Source: Candidatus Bathyarchaeota archaeon (GTDB taxonomy: Archaea; Thermoproteota; Bathyarchaeia; 40CM-2-53-6). Taken from it: a stretch of 64,000 nt of DNA. The DNA is taken from contig CAWHWX010000012.1 in assembly GCA_963833125.1 (NCBI GenBank), forward strand, positions 1 to 64,000, written 5' to 3'. The notes beneath the pieces are model-generated. The model did not search any database, was not told the origin of the DNA, and worked only from the letters and a program-made list of their open reading frames with translations. A program made the translations under genes and the position numbers. Shown here in pieces: positions 11,130-21,002 of this stretch (position 1 is the stretch's first letter; each line of letters opens with the position of its first letter).

Positions 11130-11929
11130 TCAAGAGCGAATCAACCTGAGTTCCTCAGGTGGTGACGACATTGCAAGAGTCACTCTCTTGCAAAGCAATG
11201 CCTTTCCCGAATTTCGGGCCTTAGCACCTAGCTCGAATACTAAATCTGGCTGTCCTACCCCTAATGGGAAACTAGCGAAGGCGAATACATCTGTGGACGC
11301 AAAATGAAAGAAGGAACCATCTTTGAATGTGAAGCCGAACACTATGAACTGTGAAGTACCACCCGCAATGAAAGGCGTAGGTTGAAGTCCATTCTTTACG
11401 AACAAAGTTGCGAGTTCAGTCTCGTCAGGCTCCTGTGAGCGAGTCTTAAGGTTTAGATACGAAAGGAGAACCCCAGAGTTCCTAAACGTAAGCATGCTGT
11501 GACTAATTTCCTTGCCAGATTTCTGCGTCTTGCAACAATGGACAGCGTGGATTTCCGGCTCGAACGCATCCTCATTTCCGGTATTCCTTACACTGATTTC
11601 AATTAGGTGAACTTCTTTTGTTTTTGGACGGCCGTCTGAAGTTTCAAAGTTCACGTTTATTGTTCGGTAGAGAAAATCTCCCTTATGTTCGAGTTCGGGT
11701 TGGTTCCACCAACGGGTAAAAAAGTTAGTCCTCCCGTTGCTGTCAATACTGCAATGATAAGGAGAATCAAATTCGCCACAGGTTGAGTACCCAGAAGGTT
11801 CCAGCCGCCAGATGCAATCCAAAGCATCGTTGACGGGTTTAGAAACCAAGTGATGATTGGAAGTTCGATTAGGGCCACAATTGCTATCCAAACCGCCACA
11901 GTAATGATTTTCCGAGTTCGGGGCTTCAT
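11130..11929 (-). CDS. hypothetical membrane protein (frameshift near 11720)
   Basis: TM-rich ORF 11657..11929 continues in the C-terminal part of 11130..12056. Confidence 0.5.
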
Positions 11930-12225
11930 AGATAGTTTTGGAAGCTAATTGATATTTAACGTGTGCCCAAGAAATCGGCTGGAAACGCACCGACGAGACA
12001 CGAAATGGCCCACATAAACCGCTACCGTGTCCCGCCTCGCAAAGAGGGCGAGACAACGAATGTTCGAGGGAGAGCCAAGGTCAATTTAGGAGTTGTGAGA
12101 CAAACGCAAGTGTTGTTAGCAACTTGTAGTGTTCAGTCATATTCGGCGAAGTAATCGGCATCTATTCCGTAAACAAAATGGACTATGTTACTCGGCTAAT
12201 GCGTGATTGCGTCAGCTCGTTTGGG

Positions 12226-12768
12226 TTAGCCGTTGATTATAATCGCAGTTTTTGTTATAGTGATTTTTCGCACGTCCTCTCGTTCCACACGTAAACGTAT
12301 CTTAGGAAACTCTCCAATGGTATGACGGGTTAAATCCTCTATCAATATCCATCTCTCGTTAATCCTCTTGAGCAATTTATCATTCTTGTCGTAGAACTCG
12401 ACGAAGCCTCTGGATGTTTGCAAGGAGTAGGCGTAGGCTATGTAAGAGTAGTTCTGTGGCACCTCCTCATCTAGTGCCTCAGTTCTGACAGAGTCTACGA
12501 CCAGGTTCCCCCTCTCGTCGTAGTTGATGCTCTTGACATCGTTTGCGAATATTCTCTGACGAACATGCCAAAAGTCACGTTGCCCCCTGCCGTCCGGCCA
12601 ATGATATTGTGCACCATAACCATTCTTCAGAATGATGTTCCTGGCAAGATATGTCTGCACGGTGCCCTTGTTATTGAGCAAGGTCACAAACCAGAGCTTC
12701 TTCGTTGTATCGAACCCTACGTCGGCCCAGTGCCAAGGGTCCGATTGACGAACTTCGGGAGATGACAT
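12226..12768 (-). CDS. hypothetical protein
   Basis: 180-aa ORF with protein-like composition, divergent from the Cys-rich gene. Confidence 0.6.
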   Translation of the reverse strand: MSSPEVRQSDPWHWADVGFDTTKKLWFVTLLNNKGTVQTYLARNIILKNGYGAQYHWPDGRGQRDFWHVRQRIFANDVKSINYDERGNLVVDSVRTEALDEEVPQNYSYIAYAYSLQTSRGFVEFYDKNDKLLKRINERWILIEDLTRHTIGEFPKIRLRVEREDVRKITITKTAIIING

Positions 12769-12963
12769 ATCGAATCATAATGTGATGAAGCTGAGTATGG
12801 TTATGAATTGTTTGTTCAACGCTGTCAATCGAATTGAATAGGTAATATTGACTGAACGGCATTCTCAAAGTAGCTGATTTGGAATGCCAAAACTACAAGC
12901 TTTAAGAAGATAAAAGGTGAATTATCATATGCTAAAATTGTCACGGCCAAACGGGTTAGCTTC

Positions 12964-13407
12964 ATGAATGTTCCCGACTCAGACCAGAAGAAGACCCGTT
13001 CTCGCCGAGGCTTTCTACGTTTGATGCTGAAATCTGCGATTGCGGTTATCACACTTTCAATCTTCGGAAACTCAGCTAAACCCGTTTCTGCGTTCAAAAA
13101 GCCTTCAGATGAAGATGCCCATTCTACGCAGACCCCCCAGAGCACAGCTGAAGACATCGGGCCATCTTCTAGTTCTCGAAAACCCGGAGAGGACGATAAA
13201 TCCCCGACTTGTTGTAATTGTGGCGGTAATTGTGGTCCGGGAGGCTGTATCCCTAATTGTCCTCGATGTCCTCCTTGCACCCCTTGCACTTCCCCTTGTG
13301 AACCATGCCCTGGTCCCCCTTGTCCACCTTGCTATTGTCCACCTCAATCGTGCACCTGCCCTCCTCCGCCTTGTTACACCTGTCCTCCTTGTGGTCCGGC
13401 AATATAG
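12964..13407 (+). CDS. Tat-signal, Cys/Pro-rich protein
   Basis: SRRGFLR twin-arginine motif, hydrophobic stretch and VSA cleavage site. 19 Cys in the last ~66 aa. Confidence 0.75.
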   Translation: MNVPDSDQKKTRSRRGFLRLMLKSAIAVITLSIFGNSAKPVSAFKKPSDEDAHSTQTPQSTAEDIGPSSSSRKPGEDDKSPTCCNCGGNCGPGGCIPNCPRCPPCTPCTSPCEPCPGPPCPPCYCPPQSCTCPPPPCYTCPPCGPAI

Positions 13408-13446
13408 CCGGATTCCGAAACACCTCAAATGGGGAGTAAATGAAAG

Positions 13447-14085
13447 ATGACCAGCGTCTTCCGAAAAGCGGTACTGTTCTCCGTCTTCCTCTTATGGTCA
13501 GCAGCTACGGGCGTTGTTAACGGTATTAACAATATTCCAGTTCAACCTCAACAAGTCACAACGGTAACGAATTATCTAACAAGAGTGAGCTACTCAGAGA
13601 CGTTTACCCTGCGAACACCAAGTCTGCAGTACGGCTGCATCTATAGGTCGTCAGGTCCTTACACTGCGTCTAGTGGCGATAATGTAACCATCGAATTCGT
13701 CTCGAATGCGCCGATTAACTTCTACATCATGGAGGATACGTCTTTCAAGACGTGGGTAAGCGGAACTGCTAGTTGTACGGTTACTGGCTATTTGCTCGGC
13801 AAGAGAGACGTCTCGTCCTTCCGCCACAATTGGATAGTCCCCCAACACGGTAAGTATATTCTCCTATTCATCAATCATTCACATCAAAATTCTCCTGTGA
13901 TTAAGCTAAAATTGATTGGCAAATCGCAAAACGTTCTCGCCACTGCAACAATAACAAGCAGTCTCGTCGAAATATCCTCACCAGGAATGAGCACAGCTAC
14001 GGTTGGTTCTGAAGAAACTATCGTGCCGTACTTGTTAGTTGGCATAATATTGGCCGTTGTGGTCGGATTGCTTAGCATTCCTTAA
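13447..14085 (+). CDS. secreted membrane-anchored beta-sandwich protein
   Basis: Signal peptide, SNAPINFYIM...GKYILLFIN, C-terminal TM. Confidence 0.65.
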   Translation: MTSVFRKAVLFSVFLLWSAATGVVNGINNIPVQPQQVTTVTNYLTRVSYSETFTLRTPSLQYGCIYRSSGPYTASSGDNVTIEFVSNAPINFYIMEDTSFKTWVSGTASCTVTGYLLGKRDVSSFRHNWIVPQHGKYILLFINHSHQNSPVIKLKLIGKSQNVLATATITSSLVEISSPGMSTATVGSEETIVPYLLVGIILAVVVGLLSIP

Positions 14086-14156
14086 ACTAAAGAGAAGGAA
14101 GCAAGCACATTCGTTGACCTAAATTGTCTCACTTACGAAAGAGCTTCCTTGCCATT

Positions 14157-15165
14157 TTACTTTCGCTTTCTGAAGTACGCTAATCCGTCCTACTGAAGAA
14201 TGAACTCGAACCCTGCCTCAATCAAATCGCTAATCTCTTTCTGGCTTGTGGCAACCTTCGATACGAATGCGTCTGATTCCCAGCTTACAAGGTGAGTGTA
14301 GACTAAAGTGTTCTGAATGTTCTTGTGGCCTAACAGTTGCATCGTGGCTAGAATGTCTCTTGTTTGGTGATAGAACATCGTTGCTCGAAAATGCCTTAGT
14401 GTCTTGAATGAGATTTGTTGGATTCGGGGATTCTGTAGATTCTCTGCAAGTCTCTTCCTTTGTCTGCCGAACACGGCTCTGAATCGGTCTAGGCTCTTGA
14501 TAGGGTCTATGTCCTGATTTCTGAAAACATATTTCCACCTCTTGGGTTGAGCGTTTATCATAGCTACTAACCGATTGGATAATTTGCATTGTCTGGGCCT
14601 ACTGTCTTTTTCTGGTTGAATGTTAACAAAGCATTTGTCTGAGTCGAAGGTCTATCCATCGAATATTCCAGGCTTCTCCAGGTCTGCAACCGCTCTCACG
14701 TAGTAATTGCAGGAAGCAGGAAGTTTTCTTTCCCATCCCTGAAATTAGTTGCTCAACCTCTGATTCTTGCGGAATGAAGGGGATTTTTTCAATGCGTCTG
14801 TATCTTGGGGGTGTCCATTCGAGTTGTTTGAATTGGTAGAACCCTGAGAGATAGATGGTTACCCGTTCTTTTCTTGATTCGGATACTTGTTTTGTGGCTA
14901 AGTATTCTTTGACTGCTGTTGGGTTGAGTAAATCGCTGTGTTTGGCTATTTCCTTGAGCGAACGGACTGCAGATTCGATTGTCGCTTGTCTATACCCTTC
15001 ACGTTTCAAGAATAATCCATAGTTTAGAATGTCGCCCAGGTGTCCGGAAAGGTCCAGGTTTGCGGACAGAGATGGTGGACTGGCCTGCCCGGAGCGCAGC
15101 TTCATTTCAGTCGATGCAGTTGAAGCGTAGCGTAGGGGCGGGTCCAAATCCCGCCCGGTCCACCA
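14157..15165 (-). pseudogene. tyrosine recombinase/integrase (frameshift near 14630, premature TAG at 14190-14192)
   Basis: ESGCRPGE (catalytic R), KTLRHF, LLGHKNIQNTLVY. The C-terminus reads FEFILQ*DGLAYFRKRK. The frame is open through the att repeat. Confidence 0.85.
15138..15165 (+). repeat. att site: duplicated 3' 28 nt of tRNA-Ala
   Basis: Identical to 8934..8961. Confidence 0.95.
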
Positions 15166-15402
15166 TTTACGACGACTACGACTGATCTCCGCCGACTATA
15201 GCTGTTGGTGGAAATACTCCACAAATCGGCATCCCTCGTATGGCCAAACAAATAATTCGAATTCACTCAGACCACAAGTCGTCTGCCCGGATAGCTTGAT
15301 CGAAGAGTGCATTCCTGTCCCAGCGCTTCTCACTCCATCGGACCGATGCCTCTTCCCCAAGAAGGATTAAATTCAGTTGTCCCAAGGTTGGGTTGATCGG
15401 GC

Positions 15403-16032
15403 TTGTCTCTACGAAGCATAGTTGTTCCCGTCGTCGTGGTTGTGGCAGTTATTATCGCCCTTCTGTCGATTACTTATCCGTCAGTCGTGGTCTCGAACAC
15501 GAGTACCCAACCCATACCAAACTTTGCAACCTACACGAACCAATACACTACTGGATACCCACAAGTGTCGGCGTCAACTCTCTTGGCTGGCTACTCGACA
15601 ACGACAGCCTGGTACCCAGGCAACCCAATCTGCGATCCAGGATCAAACGCTTGCACGCCATACCCAACCCCAACAGCTACGTTCGTTTACGCTCAGTCGG
15701 CAACCTACACATATCAGGTAACCATGAACAGCGAGGCAACATCCACATACACGAGCCAATTCACTGGCTTCTCAACACAGACCAACTACCAGACCATCCC
15801 GCCATACGCGGCGGCAGGCCTCAGCGATTTAGAGTTTGGATTAATCGCGCTCCTGGTGGTGGCCGCCGTTGTGGCTGCTATGTTGTTCCTGTTTGTAAAA
15901 GGCAGGGCGGGTCGATCCAATGTTTCCAAGACCGAGTTGCCATCGAAAACCGTCAAGTACTGTCAGCGATGTGGAGCCGAGAATCGGAAAGACAATAAGT
16001 TCTGCGACAAATGCGGAACTAAACTTGAATGA
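15403..16032 (+). CDS. membrane protein with C-terminal zinc ribbon
   Basis: Two TMs, Thr-rich region, YCQRCG...FCDKCG. Confidence 0.7.
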   Translation: MSLRSIVVPVVVVVAVIIALLSITYPSVVVSNTSTQPIPNFATYTNQYTTGYPQVSASTLLAGYSTTTAWYPGNPICDPGSNACTPYPTPTATFVYAQSATYTYQVTMNSEATSTYTSQFTGFSTQTNYQTIPPYAAAGLSDLEFGLIALLVVAAVVAAMLFLFVKGRAGRSNVSKTELPSKTVKYCQRCGAENRKDNKFCDKCGTKLE

Positions 16033-16096
16033 CCCATGCTCTATCGAGCACTGTCAGACGAAAGCTGGCATGAATTGCAGCAGAACGCATTAAGAA

Positions 16097-16765
16097 TTGT
16101 TGGCTATGAAGTTCACGCATCTTACATTTGATTGCTACGGAACGCTGATTGATTGGAGGAATGGGATTGAGGTTCATCTTGGGGAACTACTCCGAAAGAA
16201 CGGGTTAGCGCCTGGAGTCAGCGTCTACCCAATCTACTTGAAATTCGAAGCTGAAGAAGAGGGCAGATACAAGTCCTACAAGGATATTCTGACAGATACG
16301 GCGATAAGATCCGCAGATCATTTCAAAGTCTCGATAACGAAAGATGAGGCTAGAGGGTTCGCGGCTAGTGTTCCCTCTTGGAAACCATTTGTCGATACGC
16401 TGGAATCCCTTAAGGAGATGGGCGAGAGAGGGTACAAGCGTGTCATACTCTCTAACATCGACCGGGACCTGCTAACGGATACAATTAACCGGAACCGCTT
16501 GGAGGTTGACGGATACGTTACCGCAGAGGATGTTGGCTCATACAAGCCTGCGCTTGGGCATTGGAATCATTTCTTCGACAAGTTCAAGGCTACGAAGAAT
16601 GGAACCCTTCACGTGGCACAGAGCATATACCACGACATTAGACCCGCCAGCAGTATCGGTATTGCTACCGCCTGGATAAATCGGTACTCGGACGCTAAAC
16701 CTTCAGACCTCAATCCGACGTATGTCGCTCCTGATTTGAGGAGCCTTCTGAAACTTCTAAATTAG
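16097..16765 (+). CDS. HAD-superfamily hydrolase (haloacid dehalogenase type II-like)
   Basis: FDCYGTLIDW, LSN, YKP, HVAQSIYHD. Confidence 0.9.
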   Translation: MLAMKFTHLTFDCYGTLIDWRNGIEVHLGELLRKNGLAPGVSVYPIYLKFEAEEEGRYKSYKDILTDTAIRSADHFKVSITKDEARGFAASVPSWKPFVDTLESLKEMGERGYKRVILSNIDRDLLTDTINRNRLEVDGYVTAEDVGSYKPALGHWNHFFDKFKATKNGTLHVAQSIYHDIRPASSIGIATAWINRYSDAKPSDLNPTYVAPDLRSLLKLLN

Positions 16766-16835
16766 GTGCTTAGAGAAAAGAGGCGGACCAGACGCTAGTC
16801 TGGCCTCGAACTGACGATTTTCGCGGGATCTGACC

Positions 16836-16982
16836 CTACAGTACGGCGATGGGTGGCTCCGAGTACCAAATCGGTATCGGGAATCTGTACATCGCTGGCT
16901 TGATTGGGTAGTAGAGCGTGGAGGGTTGTACCTGGCATTCAGCCGGCATCATTACCGGAGATAGGAAGTAAACATAGTCCAT
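16836..16982 (-). CDS. putative 48-aa Pro/Tyr-rich peptide
   Basis: MDYVYFLSPVMMPAECQVQPSTLYYPIKPAMYRFPIPIWYSEPPIAVL, followed by a hairpin (CCAGAC/GTCTGG) and T tract. Confidence 0.35.
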   Translation of the reverse strand: MDYVYFLSPVMMPAECQVQPSTLYYPIKPAMYRFPIPIWYSEPPIAVL

Positions 16983-17243
16983 TGTATTCGCCTTTAGTTA
17001 TGGCGAACCGTCGGAGACGTGATAAACGTTGTGTGGCGCGGTCTAACCTTCATGGGAGTTTCATCTTAACCTGACCTGTATAAATCGACATCCTGGTGTC
17101 AACGGGTTTTGACTAACAAATGCTTGCTTAACTCAACCTAAAGGAATCGTAGGCCCACTTCTTAGCGGCTTTCAGCTTACCCGTTTTGCGGCAATCGTTA
17201 TGTGATTCTTAGGCTGACGGTTAATGTCTATTGAGGACTTATC

Positions 17244-18146
17244 ATGGAACCTGCCTTAATCCCCGGTGTTCCCGCGCCTGTAATCGTAGAGAGACCTGGT
17301 GGTAAACCCGTACTGATTAGCCCTGCAGAAGTCAATGGGGCACATGACTACGCAGTAATCGGGTACATACTCGTACTGCTAATGTCTATTCCTTGGTTCA
17401 TCATTGTCCTAACCATAGGGGCTTTTGGAGCACTTGCGTCTCCTTACCTTCCGTTCCCAATCATCCTGCCCCCCGCGTTGCCTGCATGGTTGGCCGCGAT
17501 CCCATTCATAGGCCCAATTCTGACACTGCTCACTTTCCCCGGGGTCGGCTTACCCGCGTCATGGTTCGTGTATCTAGGGTTCGGCGCCGGAGGTTTACTC
17601 ATAGGAATCATCTTTCTGCTTCTAGTCTACTTCCAAACGATTCGAGCAATTAGCAAAGGTCGCTATGCCAGAGCCCGCGGCGGGACATTATTCTGGGCAA
17701 TTCTATTCATAATCCCTGTCTTCGCAATTCTTGTCAGCCCAACCGTATTCTATCCAGCAGTACTCCTCTTACTCCCAGCCTTCTTCTTCCTCATGGCCTA
17801 TGGCAGATTAGGAGAGGTAGTCGCGAAGTATGGCCCAGTCGCTGTTCTTGGAGAGGCTCTTCCGGGTATGGGGATTGCACCTTCACCACCACCTCCGCCT
17901 GTACAGGCCTTTGGTCCACCGATGTTCTCTGGTCCTCCAGGACCTGTCGGAATGGGCGGCCCGATGGGTGGTCCGATGATGCAGCCAATGATGCCACCAA
18001 CCGCTCCAAGCCCGCCACCTATGCCTGAGCCCCAAGCCACGACATCGAGGATGCCACAGTGCCCCACTTGCGGTAGAGACCTCTATTACGCTGCAAATCA
18101 TCGACGCTGGTACTGCCAAACGTGTGATGCCGGCGGACGATCCTAA
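17244..18146 (+). CDS. multi-TM protein with Pro/Met-rich linker and C-terminal Zn finger
   Basis: Hydrophobic helices, PPPPP tract, CPTCG...WYCQTC. Confidence 0.75.
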   Translation: MEPALIPGVPAPVIVERPGGKPVLISPAEVNGAHDYAVIGYILVLLMSIPWFIIVLTIGAFGALASPYLPFPIILPPALPAWLAAIPFIGPILTLLTFPGVGLPASWFVYLGFGAGGLLIGIIFLLLVYFQTIRAISKGRYARARGGTLFWAILFIIPVFAILVSPTVFYPAVLLLLPAFFFLMAYGRLGEVVAKYGPVAVLGEALPGMGIAPSPPPPPVQAFGPPMFSGPPGPVGMGGPMGGPMMQPMMPPTAPSPPPMPEPQATTSRMPQCPTCGRDLYYAANHRRWYCQTCDAGGRS

Positions 18147-18153
18147 GCCCGCC

Positions 18154-19005
18154 TTATCCAAAGGCCTTCAATTGTTTCACGTGCCCCAAGTATGTCCCAT
18201 CGAGTAGGTGGACTTCAGCATCGTCGATGTCCACCGCACCCGACCTAAGAATGGGACCCAATCCCTCTCCTGCATGAGTTTCCTCAATCCTCTTCGAGTT
18301 CACAGGCCGACCGCCCAAAAAATCATTGAATGGCGGGACGAAAATGCACTTGGATGCGGTCGGTTTAACGTGATACTTCTTCGCGAGCACCTCCTCAGCG
18401 TTACCCTTAACGTGATCTCCGGCCGCTTTTAGAACACCATTGAGAAGCTTCATCGGGTCACACTGAGCCGTAACCCAAGCTGGGCGCGTGAGCCTATAAC
18501 CCAAAGCATCGCGCAATGTCACTGCAGGGTGCAGGTGGCCGAGAATCAAGGTCTCGCATCCGATAATCTCAGGGGCGGGCCACGCGTGGCCGTGGAATAA
18601 CCCAAATCGTTTCCACAACGCGATGCCAGTTGATGGGATCAACTCGACCTTCGATGGTGTCAATGGTTCGAGATTGCCATCATGATTCCCCAAAATGATT
18701 TGGATAGTTGGCACACGCTTGAGCAATGCTTCGAAGAATTCTGGAACATCGCGCCATTCCTCGAGTTCGGCACCGGTGACGCTGTGTTTAACGTCGCCCA
18801 GCATGAGAAGGCGTGAAGGTTCAACTTCGTCGATGATTGCGAGTAACCTTCGAAGCATTTTGTCGGTTTGTGATGGGATGTGGATGCCTTGCTGTGCGAG
18901 AGTGACCTCCCACCCAATATGAAGGTCGCCGAGAACCACTACCCTCTCGCTCTTATGCCTCAACAGTAGGGCAGGTTCGGATCCGATTGGCTTGAGGGCG
19001 TTCAT
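18154..19005 (-). CDS. calcineurin-like metallophosphoesterase (ICC-like)
   Basis: GDLHIG, GDVKH, GNHD, HGH, GHLHP. Confidence 0.9.
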   Translation of the reverse strand: MNALKPIGSEPALLLRHKSERVVVLGDLHIGWEVTLAQQGIHIPSQTDKMLRRLLAIIDEVEPSRLLMLGDVKHSVTGAELEEWRDVPEFFEALLKRVPTIQIILGNHDGNLEPLTPSKVELIPSTGIALWKRFGLFHGHAWPAPEIIGCETLILGHLHPAVTLRDALGYRLTRPAWVTAQCDPMKLLNGVLKAAGDHVKGNAEEVLAKKYHVKPTASKCIFVPPFNDFLGGRPVNSKRIEETHAGEGLGPILRSGAVDIDDAEVHLLDGTYLGHVKQLKAFG

Positions 19006-19239
19006 TGGAGGTCTTTCGTTTTGTGGAGTAGTTTTCAGTACCAATGCATGCAGCAGAAGAACAAAAGGTTACATAGTTCGCGCAGATTTTCCAGAATCCG
19101 TAGCCCGGTGGTGTAGTGGACAGTTTACCCACAGAAGCATAGAGGGCTTTGGACCCTCCGACGGGAGTTCGAAAGGCACTGAGTTGCCCGAAATTCTCCC
19201 CCGGGCTACCAAACATCACTTCGACTACTTGCTCTGATC

Positions 19240-19554
19240 TCACTTCACCTTGAGATCGATTCCAACTGTTCTCTTGATTAGTTGGGCGAGAACATCGGCC
19301 TGTGCTTTAGATCCGCCTTTGGCAGGTATAGATACGACAAGGGGGAATTCCTTTTTCGTTCTCTCCATCATGGGCAGTAGCCATTCGAAGACAGGTTCAG
19401 TTACCATGACGAGAGAGATGTTTTCATCTGAATGTACCCTGCGAAGGGCCTTCTCAGCGTCTTCGCGGTCCTTTACTGCGTAAGTGCTACTGATCCCTGT
19501 TACCTTGAAGTAAGTGGACGTGGCTCTGTCAGAGATTAGAGCAATTTTGCCCAT
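19240..19554 (-). CDS. atpF: A/V-type ATP synthase subunit F
   Basis: KIALISDRATSTYFKVTGI...VVSIP...LIKRTVGIDL matches the ATP-synt_F pattern. Confidence 0.8.
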   Translation of the reverse strand: MGKIALISDRATSTYFKVTGISSTYAVKDREDAEKALRRVHSDENISLVMVTEPVFEWLLPMMERTKKEFPLVVSIPAKGGSKAQADVLAQLIKRTVGIDLKVK

Positions 19555-19743
19555 TGGAATTCGCGCTCAGTTCGGGTAAGATGTGTCTAAAACCAATTCA
19601 GGACATCCTCCCTCTCCATGACAAGTCCACAGCCATGTGCACAGTAATGAATTTGCCTGGTTCTACATGCATTGACCAAGTCTTTTGTTACCTAAGGTAA
19701 CGCTTATATTGTCACCAGACGGAATATTCAATCAGGAAAAGAG

Positions 19744-20499
19744 ATGCGATTAGAAGTTCAAGCGGCCTCTAGAAAACGACGAGTTCTTCCTATGCACGTT
19801 GTAAACTACACCGCTTTCCGCGAAGATTTCCATACCCAAGTAGACGAGAGCGAACTTCATCTCCTGGAGAAATTCCATGCAGCCCGTATCCTATCCCAAC
19901 GAGGAGACGTAGAGACCTTTGTCGATCCGGTACTCTTTGATACCGAGAAACATTCGCAGAGACTTACTGCTGATCTTGCTGGCGTTGAAGGTGAAACTCT
20001 AACCGCAGTCTTCTGTGAGACTAAGCCCCCAGACGACTCGCTTCTCAGGGAGCTTGAAATGGTTGATGGGGCGGAGAACTCTAAGACTGTCGTCGTCTAT
20101 CCTTTCAGAGTCAATTCGGAATCTATTGATGAGAGGTTTCCACGAGCTGTAGAAAATGGTAGGTTGACGATTGAGCATCTAAACTGGCGCGACAGAGGTT
20201 TGGAAAAGGCGTTCCGACAAGCGTTAGAGCTTATGGAATTGCTCTGCAACGAAACACGCGTCAAGATGCTACTTCCGCTATTGGAGCATCCGCAGGGGAA
20301 AAAGAACTTCCGGGAGGAGATCAACCCGAAGCTCATCTACGAAAATGTCCCATTACTGAGAACGCATAAACTGATCAGTCAACTTTCAGACGACCTTTAC
20401 GACTTGACTCCGATGGGCAAGACAATCCTGGGCGAATATCTCGCATTTGTTGAGAAGGTACAGGACCTACTCGAGAAATCGGCTAAAGAGGAAGACTGA
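19744..20499 (+). CDS. hypothetical protein with C-terminal winged-helix
   Basis: C-terminal NETRVKML...YDLTPMGK wing. N-terminal ADL...FCETK resembles PD-(D/E)XK. Confidence 0.6.
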   Translation: MRLEVQAASRKRRVLPMHVVNYTAFREDFHTQVDESELHLLEKFHAARILSQRGDVETFVDPVLFDTEKHSQRLTADLAGVEGETLTAVFCETKPPDDSLLRELEMVDGAENSKTVVVYPFRVNSESIDERFPRAVENGRLTIEHLNWRDRGLEKAFRQALELMELLCNETRVKMLLPLLEHPQGKKNFREEINPKLIYENVPLLRTHKLISQLSDDLYDLTPMGKTILGEYLAFVEKVQDLLEKSAKEED

Positions 20500-20513
20500 G
20501 TGAGGAAACTGGA

Positions 20514-21002
20514 ATGAGCACAAACGCGGAACGCTTAGACCAATGCCAAGACTTCGGCGACGTTTTTGAGTTAGTGAAGAAATCTGCTGAACATTCATTG
20601 GGGAGACGTAGGGCTGGGTTGATGCTTTACTTGGCGAAATTGCCTAGTCATATTGGTGCGTTCCACACGATGGGGACTAATGGGATCGTTATGAACAGAA
20701 CGACATTGGACGTGATAACCCACAGCGCCCGGTCGTTGCGTGAAATAAATTCATACGTCTACTCAATTCTCCTTCACGAGTATCTGCATGCTCTTGGATA
20801 CGTGGAGGAACGGGAAGTCAGGAAACTCGTGTATGACGTTTCATTGGACGCATTTGGGCCAGAGCATCCTGCGACAGAGATTGCTTCGAAAGGCCCAAGC
20901 GCAATCTTGCCTAACATTGTGCCAGAAGACACGCCGAACGCGACACCAGACTTTGAAGTGATTCCTGACCTAGAAAGAAGCAGCCAGCGTTACATCAGCT
21001 AA
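20514..21002 (+). CDS. conserved archaeal protein with HEYLH zincin motif
   Basis: YSILLHEYLHALG. Confidence 0.7.
   Translation: MSTNAERLDQCQDFGDVFELVKKSAEHSLGRRRAGLMLYLAKLPSHIGAFHTMGTNGIVMNRTTLDVITHSARSLREINSYVYSILLHEYLHALGYVEEREVRKLVYDVSLDAFGPEHPATEIASKGPSAILPNIVPEDTPNATPDFEVIPDLERSSQRYIS

Larger units (their letters stand above)
8934..15165. mobile_element. ~6.2 kb integrated element at the 3' end of tRNA-Ala
   Basis: 28-bp direct repeat GCGGGTCCAAATCCCGCCCGGTCCACCA at 8934..8961 and 15138..15165, with a tyrosine integrase next to the distal copy. Confidence 0.9.

Noticed and set aside
12825-13450. Overlapping Gly-, Arg- and Leu/Val-rich ORFs around the Cys-rich gene
   Set aside because: They are alternative-frame products of the TGT/CCT repeats. 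Only 12964..13407 has a coherent Tat signal.
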